Made by a program: the position numbers and the translations under genes. The notes below the pieces were generated by a model that was given only the letters and a program-made list of their open reading frames with translations, had not been told where the DNA came from and ran no database searches. DNA of 17,248 bases from a virus (taxonomy: Duplodnaviria; Heunggongvirae; Uroviricota; Caudoviricetes). Positions 1 to 9,301 of this stretch are shown here, in pieces. The stretch lies in IMG/VR virus record IMGVR_UViG_2645727991_000020. One strand, written 5' to 3'. The stretch's first letter is position 1, and the number at the start of each line of letters is the position of its first letter.

Positions 1-633
1 GGCGCACCAATCCCGTGGCCATCAGATACCGTTCCGTCTGGTTATGCCCTGATGCAGGGGCAGACTTTTGACAAATCTGCTTACCCGAAACTTGCAGCCG
101 CTTATCCGTCAGGCGTGATCCCTGATATGCGTGGCTGGACGATTAAGGGCAAACCCGCCAGTGGTCGAGCCATATTGTCTCAGGAACAGGACGGCATTAA
201 ATCGCACACCCACAGCGCCAGCGCATCCAGTACGGATTTGGGGACGAAAACCACATCGTCGTTTGATTACGGCACTAAATCCACGAATAACACCGGGGCG
301 CATACCCATAGTGTTAGCGGTACGGCTGCTTCAGCCGGTGCACATACCCATTCGATGACATTTGTTTCAGGTGGTTCCAGTGGTGCTCCGGGAAGTGGAG
401 CATCTGATTATTCTAAATACAGTGTTAACACTTCTTCTGCAGGCGCTCATACGCACTCTGTATCGGGTACTGCTGCAAGCGCAGGTGCACACGCACATAC
501 TGTCGGTATTGGTGCTCATACGCACTCGGTTGCGATTGGCTCACATGGACACACCATCACCGTTAACGCTGCTGGTAACGCGGAAAACACCGTCAAAAAC
601 ATCGCATTTAACTATATTGTGAGGCTTGCATAA
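1..633 (+). CDS. stf: phage side tail fibre protein, C-terminal portion (5' end lies outside the window)
   Basis: Frame 1 is open from base 1 ([21 protein letters not shown]...) to TAA at 631-633, so the gene starts upstream of the window. Repeated GAHTHS / GAHAHT / GSHGHT His-box motifs match the HxH repeats of T4 gp37 / lambda Stf-type receptor-binding tips. Stop overlaps the tfa start (TAATG). Confidence 0.85.
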   Translation, partial: GAPIPWPSDTVPSGYALMQGQTFDKSAYPKLAAAYPSGVIPDMRGWTIKGKPASGRAILSQEQDGIKSHTHSASASSTDLGTKTTSSFDYGTKSTNNTGAHTHSVSGTAASAGAHTHSMTFVSGGSSGAPGSGASDYSKYSVNTSSAGAHTHSVSGTAASAGAHAHTVGIGAHTHSVAIGSHGHTITVNAAGNAENTVKNIAFNYIVRLA

Positions 634-1217
634 TGGCATTCAGAATGAGTGAACAACCACGGACCATAAAAATTTATAATCTGCTGGCCGGAACTAATGA
701 ATTTATTGGTGAAGGTGACGCATATATTCCGCCTCATACAGGTCTGCCAGCAAACAGTACCGATATTGCACCGCCAGATATTCCGGCAGGCTTCGTGGCT
801 GTTTTCAACAGTGATGAGGCATCGTGGCATCTCGTTGAAGATCATCGGGGAAAAACCGTCTATGACGTGGCTTCCGGCGACGCGTTATTTATTTCTGAAC
901 TCGGTCCGTTACCGGAAAATGTTACCTGGTTATCGCCGGAAGGGGAGTTTCAGAAGTGGAACGGCACAGCCTGGGTGAAGGATACGGAAGCAGAAAAACT
1001 GTTCCGGATCCGGGAGGCGGAAGAAACAAAAAACAGCCTGATGCAGGTAGCCAGTGAGCATATAGCGCCACTTCAGGATGCTGTAGATCTGGAGATCGCA
1101 ACGGAGGAAGAAACCTCATTGCTGGAAGCCTGGAAAAAATATCGGGTGTTGCTGAACCGTGTTAATACAACAACTGCACCGGATATTGAATGGCCAACAG
1201 TACCCATTATCGAATAG
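633..1217 (+). CDS. tfa: tail fibre assembly protein (lambda Tfa family), 194 aa
   Basis: Protein [51 protein letters not shown]... is near-identical over its length to the lambda/TfaQ-type Tfa sequence as I remember it. The 194-aa length and position immediately after stf with TAATG coupling fit. Confidence 0.9.
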   Translation: MAFRMSEQPRTIKIYNLLAGTNEFIGEGDAYIPPHTGLPANSTDIAPPDIPAGFVAVFNSDEASWHLVEDHRGKTVYDVASGDALFISELGPLPENVTWLSPEGEFQKWNGTAWVKDTEAEKLFRIREAEETKNSLMQVASEHIAPLQDAVDLEIATEEETSLLEAWKKYRVLLNRVNTTTAPDIEWPTVPIIE

Positions 1218-1290
1218 TGCATTACGAACTGCAGGATATTATATGGGATAATATTCTGCAGTTTATTGGGGCTGTATTTTAAAAAGGTGT

Positions 1291-2622
1291 TTATTTTGAG
1301 TGAATTATCACCTTGTTTTTTCCGGTTCTTTTGGCTTGATATAACGCTTTATCGGCATTGACTAACATTTCAGATGGGCTGAGATTATTCTCTTTTGAAG
1401 TAAAGCAACCAATGCTGACAGTTATTTTCTCAGGTCCATGCGATAATAATTTTTCCGAGCATTGCTCTTCAATGTTTTTTCTGATTCGCTCTGCAATTGA
1501 TAGCAAGAGCTTTTGAGTATTACCTTTAATGATAATACCGAACTCCTCACCGCCTAAGCGCCCTAATACATCCTCTTTCCTGATGGATTTTTTTATTATT
1601 CTGGTAACCATTACTATGACTTGATCACCCATATGATGCCCCCATTTGTCATTGATGCTTTTGAAACTGTCAATATCTAACATTATTACTGAGAAATCAT
1701 GGTGTTTTGATATATTCTTCAATGAGTCAATAAAGTATCTTCTATTGTATGTATTCGTTAGTGGATCATGAATTGCCATATGATTAGCATGATTTAATTT
1801 CCTGAAAACATAATACATGAGTGTTGAAATGATATAAATCATTGATATCAATTCAAGAAATTTTGTCATGTACCATGCAGGATGGGATTTATCAATAAAA
1901 TACAATAAAATTAGATTATTGCATACTGACACTATACTAATAAGTATTATACACAACCATATTTTTGAGTAATTACGTATGCTGATGCATGAGCTGATAA
2001 GTAATACAAGCCAAAATACTGATATTATTTTGGTATACACGATATTCCACGTCGGCAAATGACGATTCAGCGAGTATTGTATAATATTAAGGCTATATTT
2101 TATATTGTCACTGCTTAGATTTTTTGCTACAAACGGAGTAATAAAAAGAATTAATATTGACAAAACAACAATTATTATGTTTCTTTTATCTTCTAAAACA
2201 CTTTTATTTTTAACATTGGTGGAATAAACAGCCAGAAAGATTATAGATATAAAGCTGAACTGACGGAATAGATAATATATTGCGATATCATTTGATTTCT
2301 GATAGATTGTAGATAAATCGTTACCTAACGGAGATAAAGAAATAATAGCCACTTCTAATAAATAATACGTGTTGCTCAAAAACGCGAATGAAAGAATTAA
2401 GAGATAACTTTGTCTCTGATTAGAAACATAGTAAAGCAATAGAAAAATAAAAATCATCAGGTTTATGAAAAAAAGCCCAATAATGAAAATACTATAACTT
2501 ATTTGTGTTGTTTGTGTTATGTATATTCCATTATTTTCATGCAGTAACAAAAATATAATAGAGATGCATGAAAATAAAAAGATGAAGATTTTTATTTTTA
2601 TAGGTACCTGGTTGATAATCAT
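1291..2622 (-). CDS. membrane-anchored GGDEF-domain diguanylate cyclase with a multi-pass N-terminal domain
   Basis: 443-aa ORF. The C-terminal ~170 aa carry the GGDEF signature (RLGGEEFGI) with an RxxD I-site (RKED) shortly upstream. The N-terminal ~270 aa are strongly hydrophobic, consistent with about 6-8 transmembrane helices. The gene is visibly far more AT-rich than its flanks (GC not computed), so a long open frame here is unlikely by chance. Possibly related to prophage-borne DGCs such as DgcX of enteroaggregative E. coli, but I cannot confirm that from memory. Confidence 0.85.
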   Translation of the reverse strand: MIINQVPIKIKIFIFLFSCISIIFLLLHENNGIYITQTTQISYSIFIIGLFFINLMIFIFLLLYYVSNQRQSYLLILSFAFLSNTYYLLEVAIISLSPLGNDLSTIYQKSNDIAIYYLFRQFSFISIIFLAVYSTNVKNKSVLEDKRNIIIVVLSILILFITPFVAKNLSSDNIKYSLNIIQYSLNRHLPTWNIVYTKIISVFWLVLLISSCISIRNYSKIWLCIILISIVSVCNNLILLYFIDKSHPAWYMTKFLELISMIYIISTLMYYVFRKLNHANHMAIHDPLTNTYNRRYFIDSLKNISKHHDFSVIMLDIDSFKSINDKWGHHMGDQVIVMVTRIIKKSIRKEDVLGRLGGEEFGIIIKGNTQKLLLSIAERIRKNIEEQCSEKLLSHGPEKITVSIGCFTSKENNLSPSEMLVNADKALYQAKRTGKNKVIIHSK

Positions 2623-2872
2623 GTACGCACCTGAGAATGATATATATATAATATGTATCGCTACAAATAACGATAATTTCTTACTGGTGATAGTATACTA
2701 TTATTCTGGTTAATCGCTGTCAAATTGATGATTTTGGTTAGTATTGCAATAGCGAAGAGTTTGATCCGGTAAGACTGGCTAGGCAAGGCTATACCAAAAA
2801 ATCAGTGTAGGTTCAGAAAACGATGCACCATACAATCATCAATAATTTCAAATTGTCCATTGTGCATAAATC

Positions 2873-2915
2873 ATAAAGAAAACCGCAGCACGTCGTATGC
2901 AAGAACGTGCTGCGG
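2873..2915 (-). terminator. putative rho-independent terminator (minus strand)
   Basis: Perfect 11-bp inverted repeat ccgcagcacgt / acgtgctgcgg (2883-2893 / 2905-2915) with an 11-nt loop. On the minus strand it is followed by TTTTCTTT (plus 2873-2880). Confidence 0.45.
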
Positions 2916-3156
2916 TTGGCTGGTGAACTTCCGATAGTGCGGGTGTTGAATGATTTCCAGCTGCTACCGATTTTACATATTTTTGCCTGAGAGGATTTGA
3001 ACCGCCTCCACAGACTCTACATCACAGATAACCACTGTCACGAGGACTGTTAGTGCTGTGAGTTCAACGGGGCGATGTACGCTACCTTTAATCAAGAGGG
3101 AGAGGTACGTTGCTAAGATGAGTTTATATTCATCAACTAAGTGCAGATCAGCGAAT

Positions 3157-3200
3157 AACTAAAACTTGGCTGTCTGTGACAGGAACATCGATTGACAGCC
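3157..3200 (-). terminator. possible terminator hairpin downstream of the 1,182-aa gene
   Basis: Inverted repeat ggctgtc (3168-3174) / gacagcc (3194-3200) about 30 bp past the stop codon, followed on the minus strand by a weak U-rich tract (AAGUUUUAGUU). Weaker than the 2883-2915 hairpin. Confidence 0.3.
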
Positions 3201-3226
3201 AGTTTCTCCACATTTAGGTGTTTAGA

Positions 3227-6200
3227 TTAATCATCCTCTCCAATATTTAGATTGCTGATAACCTGTGCAGCTTCGTGGTCATAGCCAACCGCTAAATCTC
3301 TTAAGGTAACGGCGAATCGCTGAAAACCAGCGTTTTCCACTTCTTCTGCTTTTGCCCGGAACTGGTCAGCTAGCTCTCTCTCAGGTTTTCCTGTTGGATC
3401 AACACAATAAACACCTCGTGAGTTGTAGGCTCCTGTCATGTAGCCCCTGCGCATACTCTCAGCATCTCGATCGTTGAGAGCAGCTGCGACCTCTCGGTTT
3501 ATCCACAAGCCATTCGGATCGGAGGGAGTATAAATCAAGACTTCACCAACTTTGCTGAGTGCAACGTCCAGGTGACCTGATGCCGTAGAACCCTCCTTAA
3601 CTTTCTGAAGCCATTCAGTAAAGCGTTCTCCGTTGAACGTCCCATTTGATTGGCTTCCTGGCGGTGTCTTCCAGTTGTACAAAAGAGTCCAGGCATTTTT
3701 TGCGATTGCTTTCAATTCATCTGTTGGTTCACTTGTCATATTGTCTTCTTTGTCAGAACGATAAATGAGTTGGATTACTTCGCAGAAAAATTCTGGATCA
3801 TTAGCCATTTTATTCTCAAGGAACTTAGGCACAGCATCTTGGTGACCATCGAGCAATGGAAGGTAAGCCCACTCGATCTGAAAAAGATTATCCGGATTCA
3901 CTTTGGGATCAGTCTGAAGAAATTGGATAAGGGTAGTTATGTTGTAACCATCCATGTTGGAGCTAGATTCGTTAGTTGAAGTGGCAGCAAGCAAAGCGCG
4001 GATACACTGTTCAGTATCGATTGGCTGCTTTGTCTGATGCATCCTGCACAGGCAATTGATTGCCGCAAGTGGTCTGCCATGATCAATCAGCTTATCGATG
4101 GCACTAGTAAGATCACCTTCACCCAGGTCAGGATTTGCATCGGTGCGAGCCCAATATTCGTTCTCGGAAGCTTGAGGATAATGAGAGACTCGGGTCCAGG
4201 TCTCCTTGTTAAAAGGCAGATAAGCAAAGAATTGGCCTAACTGTTCAGGAGTCCAGTCAGCTTTATCCAGATTGTCGAACCACTCCCAGCCTTTGAGATA
4301 GAAACGCTTCCAAATAAAAGCGCTTACCAATGCCTTATACTTATTTTCTTTTGTATTGAGGAAACGGGGCAAAAGAAGTTTTTCGAACACATCATCGTTG
4401 ATAGTGCCGAGTACACTTCCTATTTGATGGGGCGCAGAAACGTGATCTGCAAATCGAATAACGCCTTCTGCGCCATCTTGCCTAAGAATTTCTGATATTG
4501 CGGATTCGCGCCTTGATTCGAGTTTATTTCTCCGTTCTTCCCAATCGCCATTTTCTAAGTAAAGATCAAAATCTCGATTTGAAAAAAGGTGCTGATATAA
4601 GTTGAATGGATTGGTAGGTGCCAGTTGCTCGGCAACATTTTCGATTTTGGTCAGCAGATCATCAGGTAAAGCCCAATTAGCATTAGAGAATCGCCGATGT
4701 TTATTTGCGAATCGATGAAGATGATCCCAAATTACAACTCGCTGCTCTTCATTAAGACAATTAATTGTTTCCGAAGAGAGGTGCTTAAGAAGATGTTCGA
4801 AAGCAGGAGATGGAAGGCTATCAAAATTATCAATCAACAAGGTAAGGCGTTCGATATCTTCTCCAGCGTTTTTGACGGCAAGCTCAGCATAAAAAGATGT
4901 CTGCAACCAGTAATCCTGATTAGTCACTTTGCTTTCCCAATCATCTGGGATTATTCGGCGCCAAGAGGGCTTGTGTGACCCAGAAGAGGTTTGATGGTGA
5001 CCGGGTAGAAGCTGGACGAGTAAATTCCAGGCAATGTCAGGCCATTCCTGCAAGATGACGTTGACTGCAACTTTTCGTTTTTCTATAGATGCCAGCGTTT
5101 GCGGAAACCACGGTAATAATATAGTAGTAAGCGAGTTAGATGGTCGATTAGCCCACTTGCCCCCAGGATCGTGGCTGGCAAGTTCGGCCAGTACAACACA
5201 GACGCGTACTAGGTATTGCTCATCCCAGGCTAATTCTTCTAGAGCCCATAGCAGTCCTGTCAGATAATTACCACCAGTGATACCATTTACTTCTTGAGAA
5301 AAAAGCTCATCAAATACACAAGGAGTCTGACGCATTGCCTTCTCAACTGCATCAAGAAATTTTGCAGGAGCTGCTTCAGCCAAAGTTGGTAGCAAACCGT
5401 TTAGGCTACCCCATAAAACCCAGTTTGCATCAGTCAAAATTGTATGTATTGCGACGTTAACGGAAGTTTCAGCATTCCCCTGAGAGCAGTTAACGCAAAC
5501 CTCTGGCCGACTCCCGATTATGGCTAAACCCTCTGCTATACCTTGTCGCAGCGTGGATGAAAACTTCAGCACCTTACCATGAATACTAGCAGCGTAACGC
5601 TCTTCAGCAGGTAATTCGAAAGCAGGGTCTGGCTCTTTGAGTACGGAAATCGCGGAAGACTTAAACAATTCAAGATTCTGATCAAAAATGCGGGATCCAA
5701 GAAGACTCCATAGCTCCATTCGATTTGTTACTTTCCAAATGCCGTTTTTTAGGGACAAAGGACTGTCTGGGCTATGTAAAATCTCTCGAGCCTTCCTTAG
5801 CCATTCGTCATAGCTGATACCAAGCAATTGGGTTAGTACATTTCGGTCACACTCATTTTTATCATTCCATTGCCCAATCAACACTGCTAAGGCTAAATAA
5901 GAGGCATCTGGGTGGTGAGTCCAGTCGGTTTTGACTACCGGTTGTACTAACCTCAACTTCTCAGGTATTTCAGCAATAACCCTTTGTTTGAAAACATCTA
6001 AAAGATCTTCAGGTAGCTTACTTGAAATGATAGTGCCAGCATCTTTATTCCAAGTTTGTACGATATCAACTATCCGCGACCAAACCCACTGAGGATACTG
6101 TTGATGGAATTGCGCTATGTGGGAGTGCAGCAAAGAAAGGACGACGCCTGATTCATTACCCAGATCGTACCCTAGTAAATGGAAATGGTTCAAAAAGTCA

Positions 6201-6775
6201 TAAAGCTCATCGTTTGTTAAATCGTTCCCACTGTTTGCCATCTTCAGATGAAACTGGATGGTCTCCAGTTTCTCAGTACTTTTAGGCGGGCTGAACTTGG
6301 CTTTTTGAACGTTCCTCAAAAATTCATCGACTGTTTTTGTGTGTCTAGCCTGATTCAATAACCAGAGCACATTGTGTGTATCGGTCGAACTGAGCGGACC
6401 GGTGATCAGTGCAATAACATCCTTGTTCTTGGTAAACAAGTCAGGATTGTTGAAATCGTTCCAAGCAGCCTGTATAACTTCCCCAAGTATCGCATTACCT
6501 TGCGTAAATGAAATAGAATGCTTTATTTGTCCTAATAGCTTCCGTTTTTCATTTCTGTTGAAATCTTTAACAACGACGATCAAGTCGTCGGTATCAAAAC
6601 CATCAATCTTGCCCTGGAGATTTATCTCCACTATGGGCCAACAAGGAAGACAAGGTGCATTACCGCCTGTTAGCATTAGAGCAACAAAAGACGCTTGGAC
6701 ATGTGCTTCAAAATGAACACCGCCTCCGCCTGTAGAAAAAGGATTACTCAAATTTTTTTTATTTGTCATTAACAA
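3227..6775 (-). CDS. large hypothetical protein (~1,180 aa), function unknown; candidate phage-defence or effector cargo
   Basis: Uninterrupted 3.5-kb ORF. The track start at 6775 is TTG; the first ATG is at 6769 (MTNKKNLSNPF...). Stop TAA at 3227-3229. I found no Walker A GxxxxGK[ST] and no other catalytic signature I can name. The N-terminus has a Gly-rich loop (STGGGGVHFEAH), a CxxC (CLPC) and an acidic-hydrophobic strand (GFDTDDLIVVVKD); a second CxxC (CVNC) lies near residue 430; the remainder is Trp/Leu-rich and probably helical. Product is unassigned. Confidence 0.85.
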   Translation of the reverse strand: MLMTNKKNLSNPFSTGGGGVHFEAHVQASFVALMLTGGNAPCLPCWPIVEINLQGKIDGFDTDDLIVVVKDFNRNEKRKLLGQIKHSISFTQGNAILGEVIQAAWNDFNNPDLFTKNKDVIALITGPLSSTDTHNVLWLLNQARHTKTVDEFLRNVQKAKFSPPKSTEKLETIQFHLKMANSGNDLTNDELYDFLNHFHLLGYDLGNESGVVLSLLHSHIAQFHQQYPQWVWSRIVDIVQTWNKDAGTIISSKLPEDLLDVFKQRVIAEIPEKLRLVQPVVKTDWTHHPDASYLALAVLIGQWNDKNECDRNVLTQLLGISYDEWLRKAREILHSPDSPLSLKNGIWKVTNRMELWSLLGSRIFDQNLELFKSSAISVLKEPDPAFELPAEERYAASIHGKVLKFSSTLRQGIAEGLAIIGSRPEVCVNCSQGNAETSVNVAIHTILTDANWVLWGSLNGLLPTLAEAAPAKFLDAVEKAMRQTPCVFDELFSQEVNGITGGNYLTGLLWALEELAWDEQYLVRVCVVLAELASHDPGGKWANRPSNSLTTILLPWFPQTLASIEKRKVAVNVILQEWPDIAWNLLVQLLPGHHQTSSGSHKPSWRRIIPDDWESKVTNQDYWLQTSFYAELAVKNAGEDIERLTLLIDNFDSLPSPAFEHLLKHLSSETINCLNEEQRVVIWDHLHRFANKHRRFSNANWALPDDLLTKIENVAEQLAPTNPFNLYQHLFSNRDFDLYLENGDWEERRNKLESRRESAISEILRQDGAEGVIRFADHVSAPHQIGSVLGTINDDVFEKLLLPRFLNTKENKYKALVSAFIWKRFYLKGWEWFDNLDKADWTPEQLGQFFAYLPFNKETWTRVSHYPQASENEYWARTDANPDLGEGDLTSAIDKLIDHGRPLAAINCLCRMHQTKQPIDTEQCIRALLAATSTNESSSNMDGYNITTLIQFLQTDPKVNPDNLFQIEWAYLPLLDGHQDAVPKFLENKMANDPEFFCEVIQLIYRSDKEDNMTSEPTDELKAIAKNAWTLLYNWKTPPGSQSNGTFNGERFTEWLQKVKEGSTASGHLDVALSKVGEVLIYTPSDPNGLWINREVAAALNDRDAESMRRGYMTGAYNSRGVYCVDPTGKPERELADQFRAKAEEVENAGFQRFAVTLRDLAVGYDHEAAQVISNLNIGEDD

Positions 6776-6914
6776 TCACATCCACATTTTGATTACGAAT
6801 AGATGAAAAAGAAGAGCACTCATACTTCAGAACTTATTCCACCTATATCTTTTAAAGACACTGTTATGCCTAGCATTTACGTAGATTAGCTAGCTCTCGG
6901 GTAATGACTCCAAC

Positions 6915-7418
6915 TTACTGATAGTGTTTTATGTTCAGATAATGCCCGATGACCTTGTCATGCAACTCCACCGATTTTGAGAACGACAGTGACTTCCGTC
7001 CCAGCCTTGCCAGATGTTGTCTCAGATTCAGATTATGTCGCTCAATGCGCTGCGTATATCGCTTGCTGATAACGTGCAGCTTTCCCTTCAGGCGTGATTC
7101 ATACAGCGGCCAGCCATCCGTCATCCATACCACGACCTCAAAGGCCGACAGCAGGCTCAGAAGACGCTCCAGTGTGGCCAGAGTGCGTTCACCGAAGACG
7201 TGCGCCACAACCGTCCTCCGTATCCTGTCATACGCGTAAAACAGCCAGCGCTGACGTGATTTAGCACCGACGTAGCCCCACTGTTCGTCCATTTCAGCGC
7301 AGACAATCACATCACTGCCCGGTTGTATGCGCGAGGTTACCGACTGCGGCCTGAGTTTTTTAAGTGACGTAAAACCGTGTTGAGGCCAACGCCCATAATG
7401 CGTGCACTGGCGCGACAT
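6915..7418 (-). CDS. insB: IS1 transposase InsB (expressed natively as an InsAB' frameshift fusion)
   Basis: 167-aa product ...[58 protein letters not shown]... matches IS1 InsB with a few substitutions. It overlaps the 3' end of insA as expected for programmed -1 frameshifting. Confidence 0.9.
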   Translation of the reverse strand: MSRQCTHYGRWPQHGFTSLKKLRPQSVTSRIQPGSDVIVCAEMDEQWGYVGAKSRQRWLFYAYDRIRRTVVAHVFGERTLATLERLLSLLSAFEVVVWMTDGWPLYESRLKGKLHVISKRYTQRIERHNLNLRQHLARLGRKSLSFSKSVELHDKVIGHYLNIKHYQ

Positions 7419-7612
7419 CCGACGCCATTCATGGCCATATCAATGATTTTCTGGTGCGTACCGGGCTGAGAGGCGGTGTAAGTGAACTGTAGTTGCCATG
7501 TTTTACGGCAATGAGAGCAGAGATAGCGCTGATGTCCGGCAGTGCTTTTGCCGTTACGCACCACGCCTTCAGTAGCGGAGCAGGAAGGACATCTGATGGA
7601 AATGGAAGCCAC
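7337..7612 (-). CDS. insA: IS1 protein InsA (zinc-finger DNA-binding regulator)
   Basis: 91-aa product [68 protein letters not shown]... matches IS1 InsA. Confidence 0.9.
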   Translation of the reverse strand: MASISIRCPSCSATEGVVRNGKSTAGHQRYLCSHCRKTWQLQFTYTASQPGTHQKIIDMAMNGVGCRASARIMGVGLNTVLRHLKNSGRSR

Positions 7613-7667
7613 GCAAGCACCTTAAAATCACCATCATACACTAAATCAGTAAGTTGGCAGCATTACC

Positions 7668-9283
7668 AAATCATCAATAACGAAAGCTGGTTATGTTCTC
7701 CGTTAAGCGTTATCGGTACTGGCAGAGACGATAAAGACCAGTATCTCATTCTTCGCTGGCTGTCGTTTGGTTCTGAAACGCCGACAACCGCTGCCATTCC
7801 ACTGGCTGATATTGGTGAACGTGAAGGATGGCGCACACTTAAAGCTGGTGGGGTAAATGTCACGACCAAAAGCAGCCTCAGAGCAATACTGGCAGACTGG
7901 CTACAACGCAGTGGCTCTCGTGAATTGTGGCGTGTTGCTCATGCCACTGGCTGGCAATGCGGAGCGTACATCATGCCTGATGGGGAAATCATCGGAACAC
8001 CTGAAAATCCTGTGCTGTTCAGCGGGAGAAGCTCAGCCGCAGCCGGATATACCGTCTCAGGGAGCGCGAAAAGCTGGCGTGATAACGTGGCGCGTCTGGC
8101 CTTTGGTAACTATTCAATGATGACCGGGATCGGCGCAGCACTGGCAGCGCCATTGATTGGGCTGGTGGGCGCTGACGGGTTCGGCATTCATTTCTATGAG
8201 CAGTCGAGCGCAGGTAAGACCACCACGGCAAACGTGGCGAGCAGCTTATACGGCAACCCTGATTTACTGCGGCTGACGTGGTACGGAACCGCGCTGGGGC
8301 TGGCAAATGAGGCCGCCGCCCACAATGACGGACTAATGCCGCTTGATGAAGTTGGTCAGGGCGCTGATCCTGTCAGCGTTTCACAGTCTGCCTATGCGTT
8401 ATTTAACGGTGTAGGGAAACTGCAAGGCGCTAAAGATGGTGGAAACCGGGATCTAAAACGCTGGCGTACAGTGGCAATCAGCACCGGAGAAATGGATTTA
8501 GAAACATTTATCGCTACTTCCGGGCGAAAAACCAAAGCCGGGCAACTGGTGCGACTGCTGAATATTCCGTTGAGTAAAGCAGTACGCTTTCACGATTACC
8601 AGAACGGAAAACAGCACGCAGACGCACTGAAAGACGCTTACCAGCATCACCACGGCGCAGCCGGGCGTGAGTGGATTAAATGGCTGGCAGACCACCAGCA
8701 ACAGGCTATTAAAACCGTTCGTGATTGCGAAAGCAGATGGAGAAACCTGATCCCATCCGATTATGGTGAGCAGGTTCACCGTGTAGCCGCGCGATTTGCC
8801 ATTCTGGAGGCCGCATTGCTGTTAGGCGAGGTTGTAACAGGCTGGGATGCTCAGACATGCCGTGATGCGATACAGCACAGCTATAACGCATGGTTGCGCG
8901 AGTTCGGCACAGGTAACAAAGAACATCAGCAGATTATTGAACAAACGGAGGCATTTCTTAATGCCTATGGGCTTAGCCGTTTTGCACCATTTCCATACAG
9001 CCCGGCAGATTTGCCCATCAAAGATTTAGCCGGATACCGTCAGCGTGGAGAACATGACGAAAGCCCAATGATTTTCTACACATTCCCGGCCACATTTGAA
9101 AAGGAGATCGCATGTGGTTTCAACGCAAAACAGTTTGCTGAAGTGTTGAAAAAAGCCGGGATGCTAACCCCACCAAACAGCGGTCGTGGATACCAAAGAA
9201 AATCACCACGTATTCAGGGACGACAAATAAACGTTTATGTACTCAATTACCAGCCAGGAGATTATAACTCATCTGAAGAATGA
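7668..9283 (+). CDS. P-loop NTPase replication protein of mobile-element type (tentatively DUF927 family), 5'-truncated by IS1; probable pseudogene
   Basis: The track ORF 7493..9283 begins inside IS1. Native sequence starts at the IS1 boundary (7668) with no in-frame ATG until 7973 (IMPDGEIIG), yet the intervening 100 codons read as genuine protein. Walker A-like YEQSSAGKTTT and Walker B-like GLMPLDEVGQ are present. The gene ends about 20 bp before iteron cluster A. Confidence 0.6.
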
Positions 9284-9301
9284 GCTTCTTCATGTGCGTA
9301 G

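Larger units (their letters stand above)
6900..7667 (-). mobile_element. IS1 insertion sequence, complete (768 bp)
   Basis: Terminal inverted repeats GGTAATGACTCCAACTTACTGAT (6900-6922) and ATCAGTAAGTTGGCAGCATTACC (7645-7667) match the IS1 ends; insA and insB lie on the minus strand. The 9 bp flanking each end (tagctctcg / aaatcatca) do not match, so there is no target-site duplication. Confidence 0.95.

Noticed and set aside
109-622. Track ORFs 109..309 (-), 131..358 (+) and 362..622 (+) inside the tail-fibre gene
   Set aside because: Alternative-frame or antisense ORFs nested wholly within a gene with clear family motifs; their products are Arg/Pro/Leu-rich as expected from off-frame translation of repetitive coding DNA.
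612-1119. Track ORFs 612..845 (-), 697..978 (+) and 922..1119 (-) overlapping tfa
   Set aside because: Nested in or antisense to a gene whose product I recognise near full length; no start context.
2519-2713. 64-aa plus-strand ORF overlapping the start of the GGDEF gene
   Set aside because: Lies in the 5' end and upstream region of the minus-strand gene; low-complexity AT-rich translation with no RBS.
2990-3012. Possible tRNA gene on the minus strand (GGTTCAAATCC T-loop-like motif)
   Set aside because: No complementary acceptor 5' strand (the expected TTGCCTG is absent within about 80 nt upstream), the T-stem has a mismatch, and there is no D-arm or anticodon arm. At most a fragment; kept only as a low-interest finding.
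3650-6716. Plus-strand track ORFs 3650..3979, 4037..4240, 4697..4978, 5034..5267 and 6372..6716
   Set aside because: All antisense to and wholly contained in the 1,182-aa gene; none has convincing start signals.
6949-7641. Track ORFs 6949..7239 (+) and 7429..7641 (-) inside IS1
   Set aside because: Antisense or alternative-frame relative to insA/insB, which account for the element's known coding capacity.
7663-8891. Track ORFs 7663..7869 (-), 7857..8120 (+), 8019..8306 (-), 8498..8779 (-), 8709..8891 (-) and 8847..9029 (+)
   Set aside because: Nested in or antisense to the replication-protein gene, which carries Walker motifs in its own frame.
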